Source: Leucoraja erinacea (Eukaryota). Taken from it: DNA of 64,000 nucleotides. Of the stretch, positions 50,520-63,030 are shown piece by piece; position 1 is the stretch's first letter, and every line of letters begins with the position of its first letter. The stretch lies in contig NC_073384.1 of assembly GCF_028641065.1 (NCBI RefSeq), positions 33,604,001 through 33,668,000 on the forward strand. Reading direction: 5' to 3'. The position numbers and the translations under genes were made by a program. The notes below the pieces were generated by a model that saw only the letters and a list, made by a program, of their open reading frames with translations, searched no databases and had not been told where the DNA came from.

Positions 50520-52893
50520 CAGGGCTGCCAACTCTCACGTATTGAGCGTGAGAATCACGCATTTCGCCAAATTTTCACGCTCTAACGCTGATCACAAATT
50601 TCTCACAATCTGTCCTGAGAAATTCTGTGATCAACGAAAATGTCAAAACTCATATCAACATTGGTTGCGGGTGTTGGAGAGCCGGTGCTGAGGGAGGGAT
50701 GGAAGCAGAAGCAACGGCGGGGACAGATGCGGACGGGGAGCCGGGGCTGGCGAGTGTTTGCCGGTGGGCGAGTGTTTGCCGGGCTGACGAGTATTTGCCG
50801 GGCTGGCGAGTCGTTCGCTGCAGCTCCGGCCATGGAGCAGACTCAGTACAAGAGTCCCGGGCCGTCGGAAGCGTTGCGCTGCTGCCGTGAGAGTCTCTGT
50901 GCCAAATTCGCCCAGGTGTCCGGCATGGATCAGGCTGCAGCTCGGTGCATCCTGGAGGACAACCAGTGGCTGCTGGAAGTAAGTACCAAGCACTGGGTAG
51001 AAACGGTGGAAGACAGTGGCCTTTAAATGGGGGTGGTTGGAGAAAGCATCCTGCTTGCCTGCTAGATTTTCACTTACTGTAACTGCAGGAAAAATGTTCC
51101 CGATGTTGGGGGATTACAGTTTAAGAATAAAAGGTAGGCCAGTTAGGACTGAGATGATTAGGAAAGTGGCCGATTAGGAAAGGGGGAGAGGCAACGAGAC
51201 CTGGGTGTCATGGTACACCAGTCATTGAAAGTAGGCATGCAGGTGCAGCAGGCAGTGAAGAAAGTGAATGGTATGTTAGCATTCATAGCAAAAGGATTTG
51301 AGTATAGGAGCAGGGAGGTTCTATTGCAGTTGCACAGGGTCTTGGTGAGACCACACCTGGAGTATTGCGTACAGTTTTGGTCTCTTAATCTGAGGAAAGA
51401 CATTCTTGCCATAGGGGGAGTACAGAGAAGGTTCACCAGACTGATTCCTGGGATGTCAGGACTTTCATATGAAGAAAGACTGGATAGACTCGACTTGTAC
51501 TCGCTAGAATTTAGAAGATTGAGGGGGGATCTTATAGAAACTTACAAAATTCTTAAGGGGTTGGACAGGCTAGATGCAGGAAGATTGTTCCCGATGTTGG
51601 GGAAGTCCAGAACAAGGGGTCACAGTTTAAGGATAAGGGGGAAATCTTTTAGGACCGAGATGAGGAAAACATTTTTCACACAGAGAGTGCTGAATCTCTG
51701 TAATTCTCTGCCACAGAAGGTAGTTGAAGCCAGTTCATTGGCTATATTTAAAAGGGAGTTAGATGTGGCCCTTGTGGCTAAAGGGATCAGGGGGTATTGA
51801 GAGAAGGCAGGTACAGGATACTGATTTGGATGATCAGCCATGATCATATTGAATGGCGGTGCAGGCCCGAAGGACCGAATGGCCTACTCCTGCACCTATT
51901 TTCTATGTTTCTATGAGGACAAACTTTCTTCACGTAGAGAATTGTGAATTCTCTGCCACAGAAGGCAGTGGAGGCCAATTCACTGGATGTTTTCAAGCGC
52001 ACCTACATTTTCTCTTGGGGCTAGCAATCAAGAGATATGAGGACAAACTACTGATTTTCACCATGTATTGAATGGCAGTTGGCTGAAGGGCCGAATGGCT
52101 CTTCCTGCACCTATTTTCTATGTTTCTATGAGGACAAACTTTCTTCACGTAGAGAGTTGTGAATTCTCTGCCACAGAAGGCAGTGGAGGCCAATTCACTG
52201 GATGTTTTCAAGCGAGAATTACATTTAGCTCTTGGGGCTAGCAATATCAAGAGATATGGGGAAAAAACAGGAAAGAGGTACTGATTTTAGATGAACAGCC
52301 ATGATCGTATTGAATGGCAGTGCTGGCTCGAAGGGCCGAATGGCCTATTCCTGCACCTTATATGGCAATAAAACTCAACCACTTGATTTTTAAGCATTCA
52401 TGCATGGTGGAGGTATGATGTAGTCATAGAGTGATACAGTGTGAAAACAGGCCCTTTGGCGTAACTTGCCCACACCCGCCAACATGTCCCAGCTACACTA
52501 CCTGCTTTTGGTCCATATCCCTCCAAACCTGTCCTCTCCATGTATCAGTCTAACTGTTTCTTAAATGTTGGGACAGTCCCTGCCTCAACTGCCTCCTCTG
52601 GTAGCTTGTTCCATACACCCACCTTTGTGTGGAAAAAGTTACCCCTTAAAAAGTAACCTCTTAAAAATACTTAAATCAAAAAACATTGAAATCATTCTTC
52701 TACAATGCACGAAAACATGATTTTAATACATCGAATTTCAAAAAGTCCCTACCATGGGAGGGGGTACACCGATCATGGTAGGGACACCTTCCCCCCCCCA
52801 CTCAGTTGCTCCACTCCCTCGCCGAGTACCTCCAAGGCCAGTGATCAGTGATAGCTCAGCCTCCCCAATTTCAAAAATGCTCCGTAGCCCCCG
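50520..52893. mobile_element. Putative hAT-type non-autonomous element carrying the TDP2-like exon and CR1 fragments
   Basis: Left end CAGGGCTGCCAACTCTCACG; right end ...AATTTCAAAAATGCTCCGTAGCCCCCG; flanks GTTCTACC/GTTCAGAC only 5/8 identical. Confidence 0.45.
50832..50978 (+). pseudogene. Orphan TDP2-like exon 1 (UBA-like domain fragment)
   Basis: RESLCAKFAQVSGMDQAAARCILEDNQWLLE|GTAAGT resembles TDP2 RRLLCVEFASVASCDAAVAQCFLAENDWEME; no further TDP2 exons seen in the window. Confidence 0.65.
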
Positions 52894-54729
52894 GTTCAGA
52901 CAGAGAGCACTGCCAGATGTGAGCGAGGAACTGAGGCCTGTTGTCCGTGATGTATGGATCCCAATGCTCAGCGCTTCGTGTTTCGGAGTTGGCTAATGTT
53001 ATTGATTTGTAATTAGCCTGATTTGTAATTAGTTGACAAAACCTTAATTTATTAATCTGGAATATCCAGGGGATAGGATAAGTGTAATATTAAAATGACA
53101 TGTAAGGTGTCAGGCTGTCTGACATAACATATAGCCCAGACAACCCATTATTTCCTTCAGTTAAATATTGGGAAGGTAGTACTATTGTCATTTGCCACTC
53201 AACTATTATGTTTGTTTACCTCATTGACTATTTCTAACCCCCCCCCCCCCCCCCCCTATTCATTTGACAGGTTGAATAGAAATGTTTTATTAATTGAACA
53301 CGTTGTTTTATTAATTGAACACGTAGATGAACATCCTCAAGGAGTGTAATCAGATGGAAACTGATTCAGATGCAATGTTTAAAAGCTTGTTCAAAGAATG
53401 GGCATATTTTAAAGGAGTGACAGAGATTCTTGCAGGGGAATGTGTGAGGAGGTTATTATTTGTCTTTGGTTTTAGCTTGAACCAGGACATCTGAAGTTTC
53501 AAAGTTTAATATAGTAATTGTGCTTGATACGGACCCCAACCAACCACGTAATGAATATCATCCATTCCGGAGGTTTTATTTTTCTGATGCCATTTAAACT
53601 TCACTTTGATTTCAATCACTTCAATGTAAAAGTAATTGGGAATGAGGAGTATTGGAACAAAAAATTGTCCTCGGTATATATTAACTGTAATATAATAATG
53701 TATGCATGTTGGTAGGTGCAATCAAAACAAAGATCTTTTTATCATTGTTGTGTAATGAAAACCACAGAAAATATTATGTACTCTCAAGATCACATTTAAT
53801 AGAATAATATTGCTTAAATATATAGTTATTGGACTTCGGAAATATCCCAGCTGAGAGGAAGACAGCAAAATACTGAAAATATTGGGGGTGAAAATGACTT
53901 CAGGACAGTTTGTTAGGAAAAGGAAGGAAATGGTAACAGAATACTTATACAGCTGAGTGAGTATAATTGTATGGGTGAGAAATTGCATTCAACCAATTGA
54001 CATATTTGACAGAGTAACTAGCATGTTAGATAACAAGGAAGTCAATGGATGGGGCTTTATGTGTGAGCCAGATATAGTGTCAGTGCAGAGGGGCTAGGAG
54101 CAAGGCCAAGTGTGCATCCAGAGTCAAGGTCTGGAATAGTACTAGGTGTACAGTCAAAGCTGGGACAATGGGAGTGTTCAGCACTGGGAACCTAAGCAGG
54201 GGGGGGGGGGGTTACAATCAAACATAACAGGTAAACATTGTTCATGAAAAATATCTTGCAGCAGCAACTTGATGCTGATCAGTAATTGAAGGCATAAGCA
54301 AATTGTAGATTTGCATTCACAGTTACAGAAATAAATTGTCCCAACACAAAACTGATGTGTATCCAGACAATTCGTTACACTGGCATGAACATGATTAAAA
54401 GAAAATGGACTTCTCAATTCTGTGGGATATAAATAAACTTAAAGAGTGAGGAAGCTGCAAAAAAAACAGCTCCTTCCATGATGAAAAGGGGGATTTGGAT
54501 GACTGCTGTGAACTGAAAATAATCACAGCGCCTGTACTGCACTGAAGCAGGCCCTTTTGCCCCCCTGACCATGTTAGTTCCATTTGCCATCATGTGTTAC
54601 ATATCACTCTAATGCTTTGCTATCCATATATCTATCCAAATGTCTTTTTAAAGTCGCACTTGTATCCGCTTCGAGGCTTCCTCTGGCAGCTCCTTCCAGA
54701 AACGCCTACGCTCTGACTGAAGAAGTTAC

Positions 54730-57700
54730 ATAGAAACATAGAAAAATCGGTGCAGTAGTAGGCCATTCGGCCCTTCGAGCCAGCACCGTCATTCAATATG
54801 ATCATGGCTGATGATCTAAAATCAGTACCCCGTTCTTTTTTCCCATATCTCTTGATTCCTTTAGCCCGAAGAGCGAAATCTAACTCTCTCTTGAAAAAAT
54901 CCAGTGAATTGGCCTCCACTGCCTTCTGTGGCAGAGAATTCCACAGATTCATAACTCTCTGGGTGGAAACGTTTTTTCCTCTTCTCAGTCCTAAATGGCC
55001 TGCCCATTATTCTTAAAATGTGACCCCTGGTTCTGGTCTACCCCAACATCTGGAACATTTTTCATGCATCTAGCCTGTCCAACCTTTTAAGAATTTTATA
55101 TGTTTCTGTAAGATCTCCTCTCATCCTTCTAAATTCCAGTGAATACAAGCACAGTCGACCCATTCTTTCATCATAAGTCAGTCCAGCCATCCTGGGAATT
55201 AATCCGGTGGATCCCCACTGCATTCCCTCAATAGTAATAATGTCCTTCCTCAAATTAGGAGACCAATATTACACACAATACTCCAGGCGGGGTCTCACCA
55301 GGGCCCTATACCACTGCAGTAGATAGATAGATAGATAGATAGATCCTTTATTGTCATTCAGACCTTACGGTCTGAACGAAACTATGTTGCCTGCGGTCAT
55401 ACACAGAATCAATAATAACAAAACATACAATAAACACCAATTAAACATCCACCACAGTGAGTTCACCAAGCACATCCTCACTGTGATGGAGGCAAAGTCT
55501 TAGTTTCCATCTCTTCCCTCCTTGTTCTCCCTCTGCGCTGAGGCGGTCGATCCAGGCCGGAGATGCCGCTCTCCAGTCCAGCGGACCTCCGTGGTGATGT
55601 CGCCGCTGCCGATAGCCGGAACGCCATCCCCGCTCCGAGACGGCCCGCCACAGTATCAGCTCCGGGCCGCCGCCCCAGCTCCAGGTCGATGCCCCAGCTC
55701 CAGGTCGCCGCCCCAGCTCCAGATCCTGCAGTCTCCGCACCGGGCCGCTGCCCCAGCTCCAGGCCGATGCCCCAGCTCCAGGTCGCTGCCCCAGCTCCAG
55801 GCCGCCGCGCCAGCTTCTGGTCCCGCAGTCGCTGCTCCAGGTCCCGCCATCTCCGCTCCGGGCCGCTGCCCCAGCTCCAGATCCTGCAGTCTCCGCTCTG
55901 GGCCGCTGCCCCAGCTCCAGGCCGCTGCCCCAGCTCCGGGCCGCTGCCCCAGCTCCGGGTCCCGCAGTCTCCGCTCTGGGCCGCTGCCCCAGCTCCAGGC
56001 CGCTGCCCCAGCTCCGGGCCCCGCTGCATCAGCCCCAGGCCGCCGCCGAAAGCCAGAACGCCGCACCAGCAAGTCGGGCCACCGCTGCTCAGCCCCGAAG
56101 ACGGCCAGCCTCTCGTTGGTAAGTCCTGGCTGGCTCTGCCTCCGGAGCCTCGGGGTCGGTCGCAGGCTGGAGGCCGCCAGCTCCGCCATTAGGCCTCAGC
56201 GCAGACGGAGGCAGAGAAGGGGGATACGACATGAAAAAGTCGCATTCCCCCGAAGGAAGAGACAGAGAACATGTTCCACCCCCTCTAACACAACCCAACA
56301 AACTAAAACTTAACCAAAACAAGACAAAAAAACAACAGAAAAAAGTAAAGACAGACGGACTGCAGGCGAGCCGCAGCTGTTAACAGCGCCGCCACTTCCG
56401 GGGACCTCCTTGCTCCTAAAGTCAAATCCTCTTGCAATGAAGGTCAACATGCCATTAGCTTTCTTCACTGCCTGCTGTACCTGCATGCTTACTTTCAGTG
56501 ACTGATGTACAAGCGCACCCAGGTCTCGTTGCACCTCCTCTTTTCCTAATCTGACACCATTCAGATCAGTCTGAAGAAGGGTTTCGACCCGAAACATCAC
56601 CCATTCCTTCTCTCCAGAGATGCTGCCTGTCCCGCTGAGTCACTCCAGCATTTTGTGTCTACCATTCAGATAATAATCTGCCTTCCTGTTCTTGCCACCA
56701 AAGTGGATAACCTCACATTTTTCCACAATATATTGCATTTGCCATGCATTTGCACACGCACCCAACCTATCCAAGTCACCCTGCAGCCACATAGCATCCT
56801 CCTCACAGCTCACACTGCCACCCAGCATTGTGTCATCCGCATACTTGGAGATGTCACATTTAATTCCTTCGTCTAAATCCTTCATATATATATTGTAAAC
56901 TACTGGGGTCCCAGTCCCGAGCCTTGCAGCACCCCACTAGTCACTGCCTGCCATTCTGAAAAAGACCCGTTAATTCCTACTCTTTGCTTCCTGTCTGCCA
57001 ACAGTTCTCTATCCATGTCAATACCCTACCCCCAATACCATGTGCTCTAATTTTGCACACTAATCTCTTGTGTAGGATCTTATCAAAGGCTTTTTGAAAG
57101 TTCAGATACACCACATCCATTGGCTCTCCCTTTTCCATTTTACTTGTTACATGCTCAAAAAATTCCAGAAGTTTAGTCAAGCATGATTTCCCCTTCATTA
57201 ATCCATGCTGACTTTGACCGATCCTGTCACTGCTTTCCAAATGCGCTGCTATAACATCTTTAATAACCGACTCAAGCATCTTCCCCACTACCGATGTAAG
57301 ACTAACTGGTCTATTATTCCCTGCTTTCTCTCTCCCTCCTTTCTTAAAAAGTGGAGTTACATTGGCTACCCTCCAGTCCACAGGAACTGATCCAGAGTCG
57401 AGAGAACATTGGAAAATGATCACCAATGCATCCATATTTTCTAGGGCCACCTGTTTGAGTACTCTGGGATGCAGACCACCAGGCCCTGGAGATTTATCTG
57501 CCTTCAGTCTCAACATTTTACCTAACACCATTTCCTGACTAATGTGGATTCCCTACAGTTCCTCCCACCCACTAGATCTTCGGTCCCCTAGTTTTTCTGG
57601 GAGATTGTGTCTTGCTTAATGGACAGAACCAAGGCACTTGTTTAACTGTTCTGCCATTTCCTTGTTTCCCATTATAAATTCGCCTGTCTCTGAGTCAGGG

Positions 57701-58250
57701 ACCTACATTTGTCTTCATTAACCTTTTCCTTTGTACACAATCAGTTTTTATATTCCCTGCAAGCTTTCTTTCATGCTCTTTTTTCCCCCTCTTAATTAAC
57801 CTCTGTTGAGTTCTAAATTTCTCCCAGTCCTCCGGTTTGCTGTTTCCTCTGGCCAATTTATATACCTCTTCCTTGGATTTAACACTAGCCTTGATTTCCC
57901 TCATTAGCCACGGTTGAGCCGCCTTCCCCGTTTTATTTTTTCGCCAGACAGGAATGAACAATCTTTGGAGTTCATCAATGCAGTCTTTAAATCTTTGCCA
58001 TTGTATTTCCACCGTCAACCCTTTAAGTATAATTTGCCAGTCTATCCTATCCTATTCCTGTCTCATACCTTCAAAGTCTCCTTTCTTTACGTTCAGGACC
58101 CTAGCTCTGAATTAACCATGTCACTTTCCATCCTAATGCAGAATTCCACCATATTTTGGTCACTGTTGCCCAAGCGGGTTTGTACAACATGATCGCTAAC
58201 TAATCCTTCCTCATTACACAATACCCAGTCTAGGATGGCCTGTTCTCTAG
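54730..58250 (-). mobile_element. Long CR1 LINE ORF2 remnant with nested insertions
   Basis: KSPGPGGLHPRVLK, NRPVSLTSVVGKMLE, KSCLTKLLEFFE, FQKAFDK, KYADD motifs. Confidence 0.9.
55320..56400 (-). mobile_element. Non-autonomous retroelement with (CTAT)n tail and an internal 18-19-bp minisatellite (55660-56030)
   Basis: Interrupts CR1; GGCCGCTGCCCCAGCTCCA tandem units; minus-strand 5' end GGAAGTGGCGGCGCTG. Confidence 0.6.
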
Positions 58251-58340
58251 TCCCCTAAGATCCCTCTCAAATCTTTCCCCTCTCACCTTAAGCCTTAAAT
58301 TGATTGTTCCTTTATTTTCAGGTTTTGCTCCTCTGCAAGA

Positions 58341-59021
58341 ATGAACTCCACCAAGTGCTCCGACCCACATAAGACAACGCTTCGGCAGCTTCTCCACGAC
58401 TTGGAAAAGGGTCAGAAAGCTGACATTTGTGCCTACACTTTTGGGCACTTAAACCAAAGGAATCTGTCCAAAGTATCTGGGCAATACAAAGGTGCAGTGT
58501 CGTGGCAAGGCGCTAAAATAACCACCCACAGGAAAGAGAAAAGCACGTCAATCCAGCAGTTAAGCAAGATGAAAGTCAAGAAAATGACCGAAGCAATGGT
58601 AGAACTTAGCCTGATGACCACGGTGCTGCCAAACCTGCCTGCAGCTAACCTTCCTATCCTCTGTGATTTAGATCAGAGTGCAGCTAGAGGTTCTCGGGAG
58701 ATACCAGACACGACTTCAAGCACATGCACGCTAATCACAGATGCTAAGAAGCAAAGTCTGCAAGATCACTGCATCAAAGAGGAACTGGACTTCACAGCTC
58801 TCATGCTGATGAAGCCTCAGCCGCAGAAATGTGAAGGGCCCTCTGGAAGCCAGTACCAGAGGCAGTTCATTGAATCATATTTGGCTGGAGTGACAAAGGA
58901 GGACCAATTCAGAAAGCTACTTGATTTCGAACGCAAAGTCCTGATGAAACAAGATCTGCTGGAGAGGGATATAATGTCTGGTTACAAAGTGGCACAGAAG
59001 CACGAGTGGAAGCTGGCCAAT
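58341..59021 (+). CDS. C6orf118: C6orf118 homologue, large coding exon (acceptor AG ends at 58321)
   Basis: LRQLLHDLEKGQKADICAYTFGHLN...IESYLAGVTKEDQFRKLLDFERKVLMKQDLL...HEWKL matches recalled C6orf118 motifs (YISGHLN, SSYLAGATSADRY, KEVLAKQDLL, HERKL); AAT|GTAAGT donor; start codon could lie upstream. Confidence 0.85.
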
Positions 59022-60664
59022 GTAAGTAATTTTATAAAAACAAGGAACTGCAGAAACAAGGAACTGAGTTTGTAGAAGTGTCCTGATCCAAAATATCACC
59101 TATCCATGTTCCCCAGAGATGCTACCTGATCCACTTGGTAACACTGGCACTTTGTGTCCTTTTGTGTGTTAATCAGCATCTGCAGTTCTTTATTTCTACG
59201 TAATTGCAGAAGTTGGTTTACAGAAAAATAGAGACAAAGTACTGGAGAAACTCAGCAGTTCATGCAGCATCAATGGCGAACATGGATAGGTGACATTTAG
59301 TGTCGGGACCCTTCTTAGTTAAAACAGGCTTTTTGATTTATTGATTGATTGCATTAAAAGACCCAGCAAGGAAATAGGCCTCCTCCTCTTCTCTCCTTGT
59401 CTGACACTCTTTTGTCCCCTTTTAACCTCTAGCCTTTGTCACTTACTCCACTTATCTACAAATCTACCAGCATATTTCCCTCCCGCCGCACAATCAGTCT
59501 GAAGAAAGTCCTGACCTAAAACATCACCTATCTATGTTCTCCAGGGATGCTGCCTGACCTGCTGAGGTACTCCAGCACTTTGTAAGGAGTTTTATAGATG
59601 TGCTGAGATCACTAAAACCACCATTCAGAATCAAAATAGTTGGTGGCAGGGTATATAGGGGGATGGCAAGGAAGTGAAAAACTGAGAAATGTAGAAACAC
59701 GGAACTACAGATGCTGGTTTACAAAAAAAGACACAAAATACTGGAGCTTCAGCACTTTGTGTCATCTCTTGAAGTGCAAAACAGAGTGGTCTATTTGGAT
59801 AACAGACAAAACAAAGCTTTTCACTGTACCTCGATACACGTGACAATAATAAACCCAAACTTAGATTGCTTTGGTAGGAATTCTTTGCTAGGAAATTAAG
59901 TGTTGGCTCTTGGTTATAGAATCCTGGTCACCCTTAAATATTTGTGTTGGAGGCACAAGGAACTGCAGATGCTGGAATCGTGATCAAAGCACAAAGTGCT
60001 GGAGGAACTCAGCAGGTTGGGCAGCATCTGTGGTAGGAAATAGACCCACAATATTTTGGGTCGGGAACGATTTTCAGACTGATGGAGAATAGGGGAGACA
60101 GTTGGAAAAGAGTGGTGGTGGCGGGACAAAGCCTGGCAAGTAGGTGGATATGGGTGAGGGAGTGATTGGCAGATGGTGGAGTAATTGCCAAAGGCTGGAG
60201 GTGCAAAGGAGACAAAAGACAAAGATCTTAGAGCGAAGCAAGATAGACCACTCCTGCAAAATCCAATGGACTGACGTGTAGTACGCAACGGAGCGTAACA
60301 TCCGCCATTTCAGTAAACCCGACCGTATCTTTGACCCGAACCGACTTCAGTTATGCATTCAGTTAAAAAGGTACATACCTTGTACAGGGAGGAACTGCAG
60401 ATGCTGGTTTAAACTGAAGGCAGACACAAAAGACTGGAGTAAGTCAGCGGATCAGGCAGCATCTCTGGAGAGAAGGAATAGGTGATATGCCCTGCAACCA
60501 TGCACCTTCTTTTGCCTCCTTTGGAAATTAAGTTAATCTAGTTTTAACTCAATGGGTCAGGAGTTACTCAGTGGGACAGGCAGCATCTCTGGAGAATATT
60601 GTGTTGTTTCGGGTCAGGACCCTTTTTTTCTTTTTTTTTTCTAAACCAGCATCTTTAGATCCTT

Positions 60665-61767
60665 AGGTACACAAAAAAGCTGGATAAACTCAGCGGGTGC
60701 AGCAGCATCTATGGAGCGAAGGAAATAGGCAACGTTTTGGGCCGAAACCCTTCTTCAGACTGATCGGGGGCGGGGACAAGAAAGGAAAAAGGAGGAGGAG
60801 CCCGAAGGCTGGGGGATGGGAGGAGACAGCAGGTGGACTGAGGAAGGGGAGGAGTCAGCAAGGACTAACAAAATTGGGAGAATTCGATGTTCATGCCCCC
60901 AGGATGCAGACTCCCCAAACGGAATATGAGGTGCTGTTCCTCCAATTTCCGGTGCTGCTCGCTGTGGCCATGGGGGAGAACCAGGACAGAGAGGTCGGAG
61001 ACGGAGTGGGAGGGGGAGTTGAAGTGCTGAGCCACCTGGAGGTCAGCTTGGTTCTTGCGGAACGAGCGGAGGTGTTCGGCGAAACGATCGCTCAACCTCC
61101 GCTTGGTCTCACCGATATAGATCTGCTGACATCTAGAGCAGCGGACGCAATAGATGAGGTTGGAAGAGATGCAGGTAAACCTCTGTCGCACCTGGAACGA
61201 TTGCTTGGGTCCTTGAACGGAGTCGAGGGGGGAGGTAAAGGGACAAGTGTTGCATCTCTTGCGGTTGCAAGGGAAAGTGCCTGGGGAGGGGGTGGTATGA
61301 GAGGGAAGGGAAGAATTGACAAGGGAGTTATGGAGGGAGCGGTCTTTGCAGAAGGCAGATATGGGGGGAGATGGGAAGATGTGGCGAGTGGTGGGGTCAC
61401 GTTGGAGGTGGCGAAACTGACGGAGGATTACTTTTTGTATGTGACGGCTGGTGGGGTGAAAGGTGAGGACTAGGGGCACTCTGCCCTTGTTGTGAGTGGG
61501 GGGATGGGGAGAGAGAGCAGTGTTGCGGGGTATGGAAGAGACCCTGGTGCGAGCCTCATTTATGGTGGAGGAGGGGAACCCCCGTTCCCTGAACAATGAG
61601 GACATTTCAGATGTCCTGGTGTGGAACGCCTCATCCGTGGAGCAGATGCGGCGTAGACGGAGGAATTGGGAGTAGGGGATGGAGTCCTTACAGGAAGCAG
61701 GGTGGGAAGAAGTGTAGTCCAGATAGCCATGGGAGTCAGTGGGTTTATAGTGGATGTCGGTCAGAAG
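60665..61767 (-). mobile_element. 5'-truncated Penelope copy with an open GIY-YIG endonuclease frame (ORF 60865-61605)
   Basis: CISSNLIYCVRCSRCQQIYIGETKRRLSDRFAEH...GGMNIEF; TSD ATCTTTAGATCCTT (60651-60664, 61768-61781). Confidence 0.9.
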
Positions 61768-61985
61768 ATCTTTAGATCCTTGTTCTGGTTTATTTTACCT
61801 TCACAGATATTTGGTGTTGTTCAAATTATTTATTTCAACAGTCATTCAGTTAATTCATACTATACTTATCAAAATTTACTTAAGTGATTTAAGCACTTGA
61901 AGTCCTGCATCTAATAAGCAGTTTTTCCTTCTCCGTTGGTGGTCTCAGCTTTTACCTGATACCCTGTCTTGCATCGTAAATGTAG

Positions 61986-62108
61986 GAGTTGATGAAACTA
62001 GGCCACTGTCCTGGACCAAACCTGCGACGACTTCAGATCTTCAGCGAGGTTTTTGAAGACATTTGCCAAGACACTACAACGTTCCGCAATATTTTGAGAG
62101 AAATAAAG
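61986..62108 (+). CDS. C6orf118: C6orf118 homologue exon (ELMKLGHCPGPNLRRLQIFSEVFEDICQDTTTFRNILREIK)
   Basis: AG/GT, phase 0; resembles [27 protein letters not shown]. Confidence 0.88.
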
Positions 62109-62318
62109 GTAATATCCTGCAAATTAAACCTTTTTGCTCCCTTTCCTATTGTCTGTTCTTTCCATCTGTATCTCACTCTCTTCCACTCCCCCTTTCCCGA
62201 GTCCTCGTTTTTTTCAGTTTTTACAAAAGCCAAATTGTTGGTTTCGTTAGATGATTGCTGCAGCAGTTTTATTCACCTTTGTTTAATTGTGATACTTCCT
62301 GGTGTCTCCAACTTTCAG

Positions 62319-62378
62319 GTTGAATATGATGCGTACCTCGCCTCACTCCTGGAGGTGCAGCCAATGAATGAACATAAG
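62319..62378 (+). CDS. C6orf118: C6orf118 homologue exon (VEYDAYLASLLEVQPMNEHK)
   Basis: AG/GT, 60 nt; resembles DEYELYMATLLESQP. Confidence 0.85.
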
Positions 62379-62905
62379 GTAATGTTTAAAAAATGCCTCG
62401 ATGTTGGAAAAAATTGTAGATATTACAATTGGAATGGTATTTCAGCCTTAAATAAAATGTCCTGTAAAGCTTTTGCACAGCCTTTTTAGAGGAAAGCTCC
62501 CCCCAATTCCCCCCAACCAATTTTCCGCTTTCCCCTCCCCCCTCCCCCCATTCAACCCTTCCCCTCATTGTCCGCTCTATCCCCCTCTCCTCCAGTCTCC
62601 CCTTTCTCCCTTCCCCCTGCGTTTAGTTACTTTTGAGTTGACACTAAATACATTTTGCTTGCTTACAGTTCTCAAATTATTTAGTGGTGTCTGAACTGTA
62701 TACCATGTTTAACTTTTGCATGTCTTTTCCGCTCCCATAAAGGGATATTCATATTGCATTGTAATGCTAGAATAGGATAGGGGTGCAGACATATGCTGTC
62801 TCTAGTTTCCTTATTGCTTTTGATGATAGTTATTGAGAGGTAGAGATTTTCAATAAGATGTTTTTTATTTTGAGATTAGTTCCTTTTCCCCCCTGAACCC
62901 CACAG

Positions 62906-63030
62906 AACCTTCAGGCTGAGCTTCAAGTAATGGAGAACAGGCCAGTGAAAACTCACCACGTAGAAGAAGTGCGTCAGAGAATCTTAAATCTGGAGCAAGA
63001 GACAAAACGCGATTTGCAGAGAAATGATGA
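62906..63030 (+). CDS. C6orf118: C6orf118 homologue exon (NLQAELQVMENRPVKTHHVEEVRQRILNLEQETKRDLQRND)
   Basis: AG/GT; resembles LAQLKALGQRPVKT...TKAALEQNDR; gene continues beyond the window. Confidence 0.82.

Noticed and set aside
55441-56322. Overlapping 177-263-aa ORFs on both strands
   Set aside because: Stop-free GC-rich minisatellite inside a retroelement.
50832-59021. In-frame TDP2-UBA/C6orf118 fusion protein
   Set aside because: The donor is phase 0 but the 58322 acceptor needs phase 2; direct splicing reaches TAA after 16 codons.
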